NCBI RefSeq assembly: GCF_026571515.1
Contig: NW_026862394.1
Location: forward strand, 1 to 64,000
DNA length: 64,000 nt
Origin: Ruditapes philippinarum
Taxonomy: Eukaryota
Direction: 5' to 3'
Shown here: positions 40,650 to 55,442 of the stretch, piece by piece
Layout of the letters: every line of letters begins with the position of its first letter
Numbering within the stretch: the stretch's first letter is position 1
Position numbers and translations under genes: made by a program
Notes under the pieces: model-generated
Databases searched by the model: none
What the model was told of the DNA's origin: nothing
The model's input: the letters and a program-made list of their open reading frames with translations, nothing else

Positions 40650-43600
40650 CTTAAACACTTGACAAAATGTGTTTTAAAATGGTATAGATGTCTATAAATT
40701 TCTCAAAATTTACACGTAGATCGTTTGTTATGCCCAATGTGTGAAATACGATACTTGATAAATGGCACTTTTATTACAGAGGCATACATATATAAACATG
40801 AATGGAAACAGACGAAAAAAGAAATATCTCATTCTATATCTTTTTTATCATTGCCATCAATGTATATATATCTAGTGAAAATTATGACTTAATCAACGAC
40901 ATACAGGTTATATATTGTCATAATTTCTTACAATATCAGCCTGACCAAAGTATTAAAGTTATGTTTTGGAGCATTGTATAACGTTCGTTTTTCTTCTTCC
41001 TTTTAATTATTTTTGTTTTTGTTGTTATTATTTTTGTTAATTTTATATTTGATAAATATCATACATTTTTTACATCCAATGTCAGGGGATGAATATATAA
41101 TTATATTTTTCACATTTATTCATAAACTAATTTATAAGACTATTTTAGGGAATAACCACTCTGCTTTCCTATGATAATTATGTTAACATTTTAGCCTAAC
41201 TGTCTTCATTGATATTTATATAAGATTTGTATTTTTTAAGAATGATATTGCATTACGAGTGTATAGTGAACGCGGATTCGAGATTTCATACACAAGTCAA
41301 AAACTAGTGAAAGTAGACCTCATTATAAGCATTTGATAAATGACATTGGTACTGAGTTGAGAAACTTGTCCGGAACAGTCATTAATTGAAGAGCGCACTA
41401 TGGCTACTGTCAAAACTTGATTAATTGTATAAGTCATCCTAGTCTAAGTGGTTTCTTACTTGTTAAAGCAGTGTTGGTAAAAGCTTGTGTGCGTCTTTTT
41501 CGAGAAGAATTTGAAATTCACGTACATATATGTTTGTCTTTATGTTTTGCGATTCCATGATAATGAATTGATTTTCTGTTCATGCTATTGCACTTGCATG
41601 TCCTGTTAAAGTTATATATTTATAACTGAAAAATATTAATATTAAAACATTTTTTTACATATATAATTCTGTCTTTTTCATGCTATATATAAAGGAATAT
41701 ATATATGAAATATGTATATGAAACAACAAAATGAATTGATATTTTTGTTAGACAAAAATGTTTTGTTTATAATTTGAGATATGAAATATGTATAAAATGT
41801 TCACATGCTCTTTTATTCTTAAAAAATTGTATATATGTTTTGATAAATTATGTTGTTTTATGTTTGTTATCATAGATGCTATCAAGGCTCGAAAATGCAA
41901 TATACTGTTTTACAAGTAGGTATTAAAATAATTTAAATATACATGCATTTTTTACATTCAATAACTTATTGTTTTTCAAGCGAATATATAACTAGAGTAT
42001 GATCCATTTTTTGTTCATGCAATTTATAAAGCCATTGACAAATAACATGAATTATACAATGCTGGCATAATGTTTTTAACTCAATAAATCTACAACAATA
42101 CAATACAAATGTACAGTTACCACACACAATGATTCTTTTTAATGATTAAACGTTTCAACGCATATTTTATTTATGGAATTGACCATCCCATGATAACAGA
42201 TCTATTTAATTTGATAAAGTGAACCATTCTGTGTGCCTGCTATCTTAATGTAACCAAAATGAGTGATGCTAAAGATAACTGTCTATTAGCTTTCACTTTA
42301 ATATTGAAGTGTTTGAATAATATGTCTATTACGCATGACCTCACTGATAGCATTATGCAATAATTTTCTCACCCAGCAGCTTTGCAATATCATTGTTCTT
42401 GTTCACTGGAATTTGTGTACTGTATATAATCCATGTTAATCCGGTTTTAAACAGAATGAATATATGTCACGGTGTAATAGATATATTTCGTCAATCAAAG
42501 CATATAACTTAGAAAGAATTCATTCAGTTTAACGATGGAACCTCGTGTTTAATGGTAATGGTAAAACTTTTCCAAATCTGCTTCAATTAAAGTAAACCTA
42601 GTAAAGATACAAAACTCAATTTTGTTTACACCTTTAAAATATCCTTGAAAACCCAGTGTTTGGTAGTTATACGAGTACGATGGTTTCCTCTTTAATGGAA
42701 CACAGGAATGCATATGCTACGAGAAAGGGGCACATTTATTGTGAAAGGATAACCGGCGTTTGCATCTGCAATCAAAATTCGAAGTTACCACCTGCTGGTA
42801 TAATGTTGAGTTTGTGGTTTAGGAAGTTGACAAAAGCTTGAATAAAAGTCTACCGTTCACCATGAGTCAAACCAAGTATAAAATATGTTCCATGTAGGGC
42901 ATAGTTTTTGGTTTCATTCTCTTTATGACATGATGATAAATAATGCACGTATCAAATTATGATTAATCACAATAATGATAACAAGTTTTTCGCATAGCTT
43001 ATGTGAACGCAAGATATATATGAAACGTTATAAATTGTGTTTATTGTATTTCAATATCTGAGTATTAATTTTCGTTTGTGTGTCCTTTGTATTTGACGTT
43101 AGGATTGTGGTTTACTTTAGCGGCCACCGTTTAAACTTAAGCATCTTCATAGATCCTTCCCCCTTAGTGAAGTATTTCAGGACGAAAGGCGTAGTCCAAA
43201 AACTCGGCACTGACCTTGATCAAGTGACACCTAACTTAAATTTGTGAATGGTATATGGTATCTACGGGAAAGGCAAATTGTACGACCAAATGTGATATGA
43301 TCTATCTCGCTTTGAAACAAGATGTTAATACGCGCTTTTAAGTAAAAAATATGATGCCTCGAACGATTCATTTTATACATGTTGATTTGAACTATACATT
43401 TAAAAAAAAAGTAATAGAAGTCCATTTTGTCTCAACTTTTCACCTACATTTTAGGAAGATCAAAAGCTAGTCTTTAATCTTGAACTGTGAGATAAATGTT
43501 GTTTATATTTATTTTAGTCGAAACTCGTTAAAAAATACCATAAATTACTGTTAATATTTTTTTCACAATAAAGGCTGTGCTTGAATTTAAAGTCATTACG

Positions 43601-44574
43601 CCCGCGACAGTATCGTTTCACTAACAATTAAAGTTAATGACTCCATATTAAGTTAAAAGTTTAACAGAATAAACTTATTTTGTCATAAAGGAGAATTTAA
43701 AGATTTGTCAGAAAATACAATTACAAATTGAGAACAATTTTGCTGTTTTTGTAATTCATCTGGTTTGATCTCATCCGAATAATAAGAAAAAAATACAAAT
43801 ACAAATATGAATAATAATTGCAATGAATTAGACAAAGAATTGAACTTCAAATTGTTTATCCTGCTTATGTTCTTAAAGCGGTTTGAAGCATTACCATCTA
43901 AAATCCAAAACAAAATATGATACCTAGTCTTAAAGTAGTTCGTTGATTGATTTGTTTCTTTTATGAAAACAACTTTTGCAGTACCATCATTATTTAATAA
44001 TTTGAGATTAAGTAAAAATTTAACATCAACTTTAGACAGATTTTAATGTATCAATGTCAACTTTTAATTACATCAGTAAGTTTTCCATTTTGATATATTA
44101 ATCTGAATATACTGAATATCAAAGACAATTTAAATGCCAAGAAACAAGATTCTGAAAATTCCACAATTGTTTTCATTTTTAACAAGTAATCAATACACTT
44201 TTGGAATATTGTGTTTAACAACCATATTAAAGTACTGATTAGGTAAAGATAAGACAATAATGCATAAATAATATAATTATATATGGGGAAATCTAGATGG
44301 TACATTATCCATAAATACCCATAAAATTACCCATAAAATTGAACAACTGTATATAATTACCAATTAAATATATTTGACACAATACTTACTTAAGTAAAAA
44401 AGTGTGGCAAAACATGGAAAAAGCAAACGGTGTTATAACGAAGCCACTGCTCCTTGCATAGTAATGGAAGTAAGCGGATGCATTTATTAAATGTTCTTAT
44501 ATTTGAAAACTAAATGTTTAATATTATCTAGGCAAGAATGAAGTGATAAAAGGCTTACTTCTGTTGAAGCTCAT
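40650..44574 (-). pseudogene. Decayed IgSF gene 'S' copy C
   Basis: ATG exon at 44559-44574; SCFLAFKLSLIFSIF (ORF 44057-44305); VSLDQGQCRV (~43201-43230); TGLTWIIYSTQIP (~42407-42445); SLSWNR (~41548-41565); TYTINQVLTVAIVRS (~41390-41435). Confidence 0.58.
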
Positions 44575-47369
44575 TAGGGTTTCATATTCTTATTATCAAT
44601 TTACATAAACCATCTTTAACAATAACGTGATATAGCTTATTAATAATATATAGCTAACAACATAAAACAGGGAAAGACAGGAAAAGAAAACGAATTTTGT
44701 CACGACGTTTGTCAGGACACAATAATTGTTTCAAGTTTGTTTGCTACATTTGTTATTTCAATAATAACGTTTAATAATAAATAACGTTTTTCATTTCATT
44801 ATAAAAAGATGCTGGGCATTAAAAGAATGTCCCATCAACTCAAATGTCTCATGAAAGTTGAAATTACACAGTTAATTCTCAACAAAAGGGCATGATATAC
44901 CTTAGACTCAATTGTTCAAGCATGTTTACAAAACAATGCGTGCATTTTGAGAAAAGTGCAGATAATGTAAGTATCGTATTGTTTTTCAAACTATAGCAAT
45001 CAAACTAAGGTATTCTCAACATGAACGTTCCTGATCACTTGTAGGTTACACAAGAAATGAAAACTTCCTTTCTTTATACGCTAGAAACATAAATGTATCA
45101 AGAGTTTGGCAATGGTAAAATACTTCATTATGCAACTATCATCGATTCTTTACAAGTTTGAAAACATTCCAAATAGCATCACCCATTTTACAGTTAGTGC
45201 GGTGTCGTAAACACATTATAGTTATTACAATGACATTTGTTACCGCATAATGTATTTCTCATTTGTTAACCAGGAGCGTTTACTAGACAGCAATGTATTT
45301 TATGAAGAAAATATTACTTCGACGTTTGCGTCTTACATGAGACCAAATTAATTATGAATATAGTTTGTTAAAGCTAACATGAGCAGAACGTTCTCATTGG
45401 GAGCTTATGTGACCCCCCCCCCCCATTCGTATGTCGTGTGTTGTACTGTGTTATCAACATGTTTTTAACAATTTCTCCTCTGAAAACCAGCGGCTGCAAA
45501 TTAAACAAGCTTTACAGATATTATCCTACGGTGGCCCCTATCAAAGATTTTGATGCAACAGACAAACTTCATTTGACAGACTAGGATCACCAATTCTTTT
45601 TATTCGTAATTATTGTGGTTTTTACGTTGAAAACAATTATAGATAGCGAAAAAAATAATTGAATTGCAAAGACATATTTTATTTCAGGCTGTTATATTCA
45701 CCACTTTTACATAACATTTCATTCACAATTACACTTTCCTGTAAATGTTTTAAATATTTCATTTTTGTAATGATTCTCACCTGTGTAAATTTTCAAATAA
45801 TTTGCAAATAATTATGCGGACGATGAAACACATTTTATCATTTTCTAGCACAATTTGGATTGGCAGAAATAAATGTCTGTAATTTAATTATAAGAGCAAA
45901 TGTTTACTTTGAACTGTTTCTAGACAATTAGGTATAAACAAATCTTAAGAACAACATTAATATTCAAAGGATTTTGACAATAAAAATAACTCGATACTCT
46001 AAGTAAAATTCATTTTTGACAAATGCAAATCACATTTCCAAAGCACAACATTTACTGTGTTTACTGTAAAAGAAATATCGAAATAAAAGATTGCGTATTT
46101 AGTATATTATTCTATTTAATATCTATTTTTATTTTCTTTTTTTTATAAAAAAAATCAAATTACACTTATCATTTTCCATCAAAATATATTTTTTGGGCAA
46201 CCGCAAAAATGCAACAATATGACTTGAGGTCACGCCATAAATAAGAATAAACTTTGGCGAAACTGAAAAATAATGATGTCGCTACCATCTGTATGTGTAT
46301 TAAGAGGGAATTAAGCGTTCTTTTGAACTATAAAAAAGTAAAAGTGATTTTTTTAAATAAACATATAATTACTTAAAAAAGAACACAAAAAATCTGAATT
46401 ATAACTGCTTTTTTACACATACGAGTTGTTGCATGTAAATAATCCAAAAATATTTGTAGATAATATAAATGATTTATATTGATTATTAAAATTTTATGAA
46501 TATGATAATTATATATTTTCTAAACCTTTTTATGTTCCCATTTCAAGCAAATCCTTAAAAAGGATAAAAAGTAAATTCTAAGCAATGAATGTTTATTTGT
46601 CACATTTTCTTTTGAAAGTAATTTGCCTTTTGTCACGTCGCAATTTTAATTGCATTTTATGACGAATCCTATGGGAAATATGAGAATACATCGGAATCAA
46701 ATCTGGATAAAAACTAGAATTGTGTAATGTACTCTTAAAATTTCTCATTTCAAATCAAAGTTCATTTTATGTTTTTGACCTCTCTTTCATTTCAGTTAAT
46801 ACAAACAGTGCAGTCAAATAGTGTGATACTTGTTCGTCAGAAGGTAAAAATAATATAATATAATGATACAATACATAAAACGTCGTTGACATATGTTCCA
46901 TACTAAGTACATGTCACAAATTTTTCTAACTTATATACTACCTTTTGAGTACATTTTCTTGAATGTAATTCTTTTGGCAAAGATAGTTTAAGAATGTTTA
47001 AAGAAGAATATTTAACTGATTCAAATGAATGCGTAGTTTTCGATATTAGTTACTGTCATTCTAACTAGAAATAAGGTTATATAACATATCCAATAAAAGT
47101 GTAACAAAACCGGCAATGATTAAAGACACATGCAAAAAACAACAACATTAAATAGAATTACACTGAACAAAATATTTTCGAAAAATGACAATCATAAGTT
47201 TCAGGAAAATGATAAGGAATGGAAAATCAGAAAAACGAAAAACAGGAAACAAATACTATATAGAAATATTTCTTAAATGCACTTGTTATCACACTGCTTT
47301 CTTATTAAGTAAATTTACTGTTTTCAGTAAACGCAATAAATGTAACAAGTGTAACGAAATACATTGATT

Positions 47370-47700
47370 CCTCATGTACATAAGATATCAAATCGTAAAA
47401 AACTGTATTATAAGTTATTGCAGCCCCTTGTATTGGGTATTTTGCTGTTGTTTATAATTTAATGTTGCAAACAATAACCATTTATCTAATGAGATTATGA
47501 CATATGATCTGTCAATTTTATGTTATTTTGGTGATAATTAGAAAGGACGGAAAGCCATATTATGCAAAGTTCATTGCCCTAAAAAAAGGTTGATGATCGC
47601 CAACAATCGTCTTTACAAATTTTAATCTCTTGTTTGTAATTTAATGTTTGCCGGCATGCTTTGGGACCCAAAATAATCAACTTAAAATTGATATTCACAA
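47370..47700 (-). pseudogene. Ig-exon remnant of gene 'P', third partial copy
   Basis: Homolog of 7480-7740 and 24510-24860. Confidence 0.4.
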
Positions 47701-49999
47701 AACCTTGTATTAAAACGATGTTGCGAGATAATAAAATATTTTTTTAAATGAAACTCAAGTCACTCTGTAAAAAAGACGAACAATTTGTATAATGCAGATA
47801 ATGGCTTTTCTTAAATGGACTTCAAAAGGTATGATTTAACATCCATGACATATTATGCTTAATTATTTAACGAATGTTTTGCTTATATGTGAGTATTATG
47901 TACATAGATCAAATAATTTGACACCTTTGGACAATATAGCATAATTTGTTGTTGTTTTTTTTTCTTCTTCTTCTCTTCTGTTTTTTTTTCGGGAGAGGGG
48001 TAATAAAACACATAACAATCATAAAGGAAAGGACATACTGTTGATGCGGCTTTTCAAATATCAACTTAAACCTTGGCATCGATGTAAATAAAGAATAATA
48101 CATGCAATGATTTATAAGCAATGAATTTCCCGACAAAATTAGAAACAGTGCAAGAGCAGGTAAGAAAAATTACGTAAATGTCTAACATTGATTTATTTTT
48201 AACACAGCATAAACACAGGTTTATAGAATCGTAATAGAACTCAACAGTAGATGAAAACGACCCAGGTCTACAAATACAAGAAGAATAAAACGTCTTGCAA
48301 AAGCTTATTCTCTACCTCACTGTATCTTCCATACAAATGTATATTATTCTTAACACAAGTTTGAATATAAAGGTATGCCATTTTTCTTCGGAATATTACT
48401 ATACTGATATAATCATAGAGCAACTGAAATTGTTTCATGTCACTTACTATAGGTTGGACGAAATGATAATTGATATGCTGTATTTAATGGACGTGCTTCC
48501 TACTCACATACCGGTTGTTAAAATTTGTATTCCGCCTACGCATTTTGATAAGTGTTAAATGAACACATACTTAAACAATCAAATTGATTGCCGTCTACTT
48601 CACTTTTCTTCTTGTTAAACACATGATTACAACTTGCAATGTCCCTGCAACAATCTGACCGGAGACATAAAGTATGTTTTATTTATATAAATACAATGTC
48701 GACACACATACGTGTGTAAAGTGTAACGTGAAATAAATTCACAAGGTACGAGTAAGTACGTATGTCTTTATTGTGAAACTTACCGTATTTTCATAAAAAA
48801 TGTATAATAATAACTGTTAAACAGTGTCAAACTGTATTCTGAGAAACAATTGTAACATTACAACTCTTTAATAAATGATATAGTTCATAACATTTATCTA
48901 GCATGATTTGAGTCCCACTGGATCCCTTTTGAGTGGCCTCGTCTTAGTGGATTTTGGCAAAAGCTACGTTTCGTAAACGTCACGTCACGCAACTTTGTTG
49001 ATCTGGGATGTACGAGCAATTATTTATATAAAGTCATGCTCATTAAAAGCGAAGCTTGTAGTTAACAGAAAATACAGGTATAAGACATTGGCAGATTGCA
49101 GCCATGTGATTGCAAACAATTAACATTCCAAACATAGCTTAGTTAAGCATGATATACAACAGGACACAGAATGTCGTAAAAGAAGAATAATATTCACATA
49201 AAATGGCAGTTGTTGTCGCTTTATATATCTATCTTTTAATTAATAAGAAGGTGTGAATTATAGCATTGTTAAATTACTGCTTCTGTCGTCATGCGTAAGA
49301 TCAATGTTACGTTTGTTTTATTTTCACATATATAAACTGAATTTGTTGGGTTTATGTTAAATTAGAAGTTAGCGAAGTACGTCTAGAGATAATCAAAAAT
49401 AGCTCTGACAAATCATTCAGACTTTGTTATGGATGAGGTGTGTACGTTTTTTATGCTTATAAATCATCATTGGTTTCATTTGAAATGAAAATATACAAAA
49501 TGAGAAGTCCTATGATAGAGTTACATTTTCAACCATATACCTATTTTTCATTATGGAAGTTCTTTAAAGAAAGTTTCAATCAACATTGTCTTTGCCATTT
49601 ACACGCAAATGTGTACCAAAGGAACCTTATTTGAAATAAGTAGATTAAATCCTAATATTTACCCTCTATTAATAGAAGGATTTATTTCTGTTAATGATGA
49701 GAGATATAATGTAATTACTGTTATCTGATTTATAATTTTGCAAATAATCTAAAGTAAATTTCCAAAATATATTGGTGTTAACGGGGCGAACGCAACGCAA
49801 TATTTTTTTCAGCAAAGTATTTCATAAAAATTATGTGTTACATTTTAGTTACGATACATCGTTTTTTAAAACTCGGACTGTGTATCTGTTCTTGCAAATA
49901 CTGATTACTGATATAATTATATAAATGGCATGATAATTCTCACAATTTGATGTGATGATGAATGCATTGATATTAATGGATATTAAAAGTATATTGAAT

Positions 50000-52900
50000 T
50001 ACATTTGCAATTAATTTCAATATTATTTTGTAACATCATTATACTTTCATAAAATGCAGTATCCACATCACTGTGGCTTAATTATATATTTTTACATGCA
50101 ATGCGTGGAGAGAAGTAAAACTATTCCATTCCAAATAACATATGTTAACAGAAAACAAAGAGGAAAATTTAATATAAAGTGTTTTAGTTTATAAGTATTT
50201 AAAGCCGAAGTAAAGGTAACATAAAACCAATTGAATAAATATATTGACGCGTTAGTCATTTGAAAGTTTAGCACACAAACGCAATCATTTAAATATGTAT
50301 CTGGACATGAAGTTTAATATGATTTTCTACTGATAACTTTATTATACAAATATTTTTAGATTTGTCAACGAAAGATTATACTTAGTTTCTTGTTTTACGA
50401 AATCGTAATAGAGACAATGTTTTTTTTTTTTCCTTTTTTTTTTACGGGAAGCATGTTATTAAAATTTGTTTAGATTTGCTTCTGCGGGTTTAAACCTTCA
50501 AGCTTATTTATGCTAATTTTCAGTGTGTAAAGATTATAAAAAACTTTGTTTCTTAAGGACTAGTAAATTTTTCAAATGAATATGTGTGGGGAATTAAAGA
50601 GCATTTAAATGTTTTTTTCACAAGGGAATTGGAAGGGGCACTGTTTTCCCAATTTTTTTTAAATAAAATAACATCCCTTTTTGCAATAATATCCTTGCAA
50701 CATGTCAAAAATATTTTACTATGTTCAAATATTCAATTTTTTAAGCCACTTTACTACAAATTCGCTTGAACAAATATATTTATTTTTATTTAACTATACT
50801 GTCGTTGGAAAATCATTATATCCACTTATGTCGAAGTTCAATAGGCAAATTTCAATTAATGATAATACTAATAATGAAACGAAGAAAAAGAAAAAACAAT
50901 TTAAATTGCAAAAATTAAAAGAAAAAGAAAAACATGCGGAAACGATATGTTACATGAACAACGATGCACATTGTTGTCAGAATAACAGGAGAATAGACGT
51001 ATTAATACACACTCTACACAAGTGGTGGCGGGTTAGTAATCTTAAAAACACTAGCAGCCTGGTTTCAAACCCTGTAATGGACAAACCGTTTTTGTTTTGT
51101 TTTTTTTTTAGCAAGAAAGTTCAAACTTATTGCTCAGTAATAGTTTGTTACCAGAACGGATATAAGAGTGTGTCTAAAAGCTTATACCTACCTACACAAT
51201 CGACTTTAAGTAACTTCTCTATAAACTAAACGTCCTACAAATACCCAATTTACTTCATACATTCAAGTGATGCGTCTTGAAAACGAAAATCATATAAAAC
51301 TAAACTGTATTAAAAGATGCTGACAAAAGTTCATGTCATGATTCAAAATTTAAACGTAACTTACAGAATTGTCTTACAAAAGATTCCCATAATAATGTTT
51401 CTTGACATCACTATTTTCTATTATTTAAGTCACACAATATATGTAACTGTTAATATGTATGTTGTTTATAGCTCATTATAAAACTTGTCACCTAAGTATT
51501 AACACATATAATATAAGTATTAACAATATTTTTGGTTTACTAAGAATCATTATTCTTAGATTTTCCATTTGTTATAAGCGACACCAAACAAAAATTACCT
51601 GAAAAATAATGTGTGTTTCGTTTCGGGATATAAGATGCGAAAGTCTTTCTTAAACTGTAATTATTTTCAAAAAACACATGCGATGCGATGAGATTAATAA
51701 TAGATGTTTGTCTAAAATCCAGACCGCCTATTGAAATGAGTTATACAAAGACCTCATACAGAATGTCAATAATTTTGAATTAATGATTTATGTTTGTAAC
51801 GCCGATATTCATTGGATCATTGTGTGACAATTACATAACATTACACTAATACACACGGGTATTAAGATAAACATCTCAAAACTGTTGCGACTTCTTGTAA
51901 GATGACACTTTAATTGTTTGGGATACAAAAGTGCCACTCTTTTATGCTTCAACGGATATTGAAGTAACAAAACAACAAATCACTACTCCCATTACTGCAA
52001 TGAGCGGCATTCATCTAATCAGATTAAATACAATATGGTGTGTTGAATGTGATATGTTTAGCAAGAGACACGTCCTAATTACATGAAAACATTGGTTTAC
52101 TCTCTTATTCCCGTGAAGGTGCGCACGTACTCGTGTCTTTTTTGTTTTTTTTTCAGGTTTCCTGTATTTTGTTTAAATTTAAACTTAGCAAACATTTTAC
52201 TACATGCAGCCCAAAGATATATTAAATTTAAACGGGGGGCTCAGTATTTTATTCTTTTTTTTCCCCGTTCTTTTTTTCCTTTTTTTTTTTACTTTTTAAT
52301 AAAGTAACATTGTTTTTTTTAAATGCTTTTTTTAAACTTTTAAAATTTTTTGAAAATCTTTTTACATTGAATTTAAAATAATGTATATTTTAGATATGAA
52401 CTAAATTTATTCGACCCACCTTAAAACCATAACCCGAAACTCGAATAAAAAAAAGTTTTTATAAAAAATTTTGGATATCAAAGAAGGGAAACAGTCTGAA
52501 AAGGAAATTTTTGGAACAGTTTTTAAAAATTTTATTCCCTTTTGTAACCCTAAAAACGGATAATTGGTTTGGAATTTTTCCCACTTGGGTTAGGTTTAAA
52601 GCCTTCTTGAAAATTATATTACACATACCAAAGCATAAACCCATCAAAGTTTACACATTTTATCTAGATGTTTTCAAATATTTCTATTCAAGAGACAGTT
52701 GTTTTTTGTTGCTGTTTTTTTTATTGTTTTGATTTTTATTTATGTTTTGCTTTTTTAATAAAAATGAAAATGTTCCTAGCCAGACACGATTTTAGAGATG
52801 TTCATACTCGGAGTCAGAATTTTACTATATACGTTTTAATTTGAAGTACATGAAATGCACATTTAGTACTTTGTTCTTTAAACACACCTTCACAATTATG

Positions 52901-53150
52901 TGTCTTGTTATTTACGTTTCAGCTTTACCATCCTTGTAAATTAAATACAAATCTTAGACTTATACACTTCCTCAATTGTGTCATTCTTAGATCTTGCAGG
53001 GCAATAATAAAATTTTCGCGGAACTGAAATAAAGATTTATCGGAAAAGTTATTAGCCCGAGTTAATTGGATACAAAATGTAAATAAGGAAGAAACCGTCA
53101 AAAGTGAAAACATGTGTAGAATCAAACTTCTATAAATTAACAATTCGAAA
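50000..53150 (+). pseudogene. Scattered decayed Ig-domain remnants outside the A/B/C duplication
   Basis: FQITYVNRKQRGKFNIKC (50129-50182); LIIDVCLKSRPP and CNADIHWII (~51695-51820); ARVNWIQ (~53055-53075). Motif-level evidence only. Confidence 0.35.
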
Positions 53151-53607
53151 ACTAATCATTTTATACTTAGCTCTTTCTTGTATTCTAGTTAATAGAACAA
53201 ATAATAAATATTACAAATTATTAAGAAAGCATTTGCAAACTTGAATCAATATAAAGTCATACATTCGTTCTAAACATTACTTTTAATTATTCTTTCAAAT
53301 CAAACGATATTAACTTGGGTTTCCTGGAAACTCTTTTTATCCTTTGTTAAGATCTCTTCTTGTAATAATACCAGAACTAGCAATTTAAATATGAAAACAC
53401 AAACTTCAATTGTTTCAATGAGGACACATGTTAGTTTATGAAAAATCAGCGGGCAATTATTTATTGGTTGAGAATATATTTTTTTTTATTTCAAACAACC
53501 GACACATTTGCTGTGCTGATATTATTTATAATTGTCAGTGCTCGCATATTTTCTAGAGAAACTTCCGGTAATTAAGAAAAGATAACAACTGAAAACGCAA
53601 ACTTTAA

Positions 53608-54928
53608 TTTTTAGCTAACCTGAGCTTGCTCAGGGTGAGTATTTTAGGATCTTTGAATGTGTGTCGTCCGTCCACATCTGTTCGTTATCATCAATCATCA
53701 TCAAATTTTGTAAGGATGCCTGTCTATGTCTCGGATGAGTTTGTAAATGGATCAACTCGGATGAAAAACAAGGCCAAAGGAGCTAAACATAGAAAAATCT
53801 TGTTTACTCACTAGTGGCTACTGTTTCAATCCAAGTAACCTGGAAATTGATCTGAATGTTTGTTTTGGTGACTTTTAGGTCAAGTTGAACTGTTCGAATA
53901 TAGGTTACCTGGGGTCAAAAACTAGGTCACACCGCCCAAATATGGATACAACCTTGTAAACACTGTAGGTGTCACATTTTTTACTCAATTTTTTGGACTG
54001 AAAACTAAGTCACATGAGCTAAAAATAGAAAAATATTGTTAAAATAGAGTGAAATTAGAATCCCTAAAGAAAGCCCAACGCGGCAAAATTGAAAATGTTG
54101 CAGACTCGGTTTGATTGAGCCTGTTCATGGACGGTACTGTCAAGTGCAAACTACCGTCCACGCCACCTAGCACCGGCTTAAGCAGAATTCAAAATTTAAC
54201 AAAAACTGGTGAAATTAAAAATTTTGAAACATCCGCAGATGTGTTCATATGGCGGTTATCATGGAACCTTCAATGTGACACGTTAGTGCCATTCCACGAA
54301 AAGCGGCATATGGTCCCCAATTAAAAAATGCGTGTGCCCTAAACGAGAAAACAATGGGCGGAACTAAATAAAAAGGAATTTTGAAAGAGGATCTGAGGTT
54401 ATGAAGCATCTAGTGGCTACTGTTTTGATCGAAGTATCCTGGAAATTGGTCTGAAAGTTTTAATGAGTCTAGGTCAAAGTTTGAAAATGGGTCACCTGGG
54501 AGTAAAATCCAGGTTACATTGCCACTGCCTGTAGTGGTCACCTTTTTAACTCGATTGTCATCAGAATTTGCCAGGATACTTGTCTAAATAATTGCTATGA
54601 AGACGTTGAACATGGGTCATCTCGGATGAGAAACTAGGTCATAAGAGCTAAAAATAGATGACTCTTTTGGACACACTAATGGCTACTGTTTCTATCAAAA
54701 TATTCTAGAAATTGGTCTGAAAGTTTGCTTTGATTATTTCTAGGTCAAATTTGAATATGGGTCGCCTTGGGTCAAAAACTTGATTATACTGTACAAATAT
54801 GGACACATCTTGTTAACACTCTAGAGGTAACATTTATGACTCTACTGTCATGAAGCATGGTAAGGATGCTCGTCTAGGTAATTGCTCGGTCAGGTGAGCG
54901 ATCGAGGACAATCATGGACCTCTTGTTT
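53608..54928 (+). mobile_element. HINE/Helentron-type element with internal tandem repeats, interrupted by ~365 bp repeat copy 4
   Basis: ttttagctaacctgagc start; repeated aaaactaggtca...gctaaaaataga...tagtggctactg units; tcaggtgagcg plus stem-loop plus cttgtt end. Confidence 0.88.
54041..54406 (-). repeat. ~365 bp structured repeat, full copy 4, nested in the HINE
   Basis: Splits the HINE unit ttgttaa|ca.tctagtggc, which defines the element boundaries; no target duplication evident. Confidence 0.9.
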
Positions 54929-55442
54929 CATTAAGGACGAGTCAGGAATTATTAATGTCAGTTTGCCGCCTTTCCTTGATGATCTTGTTTATCATATTTT
55001 GTGAAGAATCCGTTCCGTAGCTGATTGTAAACAGGGTGATTTATTACTTAAAATTGCAATCAAAATTTGAGATTTCGTCTTTTGATATATTTTTTAAAAA
55101 CCAAACAGTGCTCGTTTTTCCCCTGAAAGGCGTGCAAAATTTCAAAAAACTTTCTTAAAAGAAAACCAACCGTTTTTTTTTTTAAAATTTATTGTTTTCC
55201 TTTTCAAAGACAAAATACAGACTATGAACATTTTAAATTACCTTTCACATATGATTTAAAATCTGCTGACATACGTTTTAATTTTTGGTTATCGTGTTAT
55301 GTGGTTTTTAGTTTTTTCTATTTTTCCATTTTTAAATTGGGGGGTTTCAAAATTTTCCCACTTTAAAAACGTAAATTAACCCCCTTTGGATATGTTCCCT
55401 TTTTTTTAAATTTTTCTTTTACGTGTTATCTATAAAATCAGG

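Larger units (their letters stand above)
29980..48480 (+). repeat. Segmental duplication copy C (tandem; truncated at ~48480, which corresponds to B ~25620)
   Basis: Same anchors as B. Similarity ends near gataattgatatgctgtattt (25602 vs 48465). The copies carry copy-specific TE insertions. Confidence 0.92.

Noticed and set aside
8513-48480. B/C duplication as an assembly artefact or giant transposon
   Set aside because: Copies are substantially diverged with private insertions, and there are no terminal repeats or transposase/RT remnants.
48960-49085. acgtcacgtcacg CRE-like sites plus a donor-like CAG|gtataag as a promoter/first exon
   Set aside because: Short motifs expected by chance, with no independent support.
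50702-51229. Longest ORF (175 aa)
   Set aside because: Low-complexity K/F/N runs from homopolymers, includes a degraded tRNA/SINE-like fragment (~51022-51080), and has no recognisable domain.
53700-54900. Regularly recurring short motifs as a CRISPR-like array
   Set aside because: The intervening sequences are homologous to each other; these are internal tandem units of a HINE in eukaryotic DNA.
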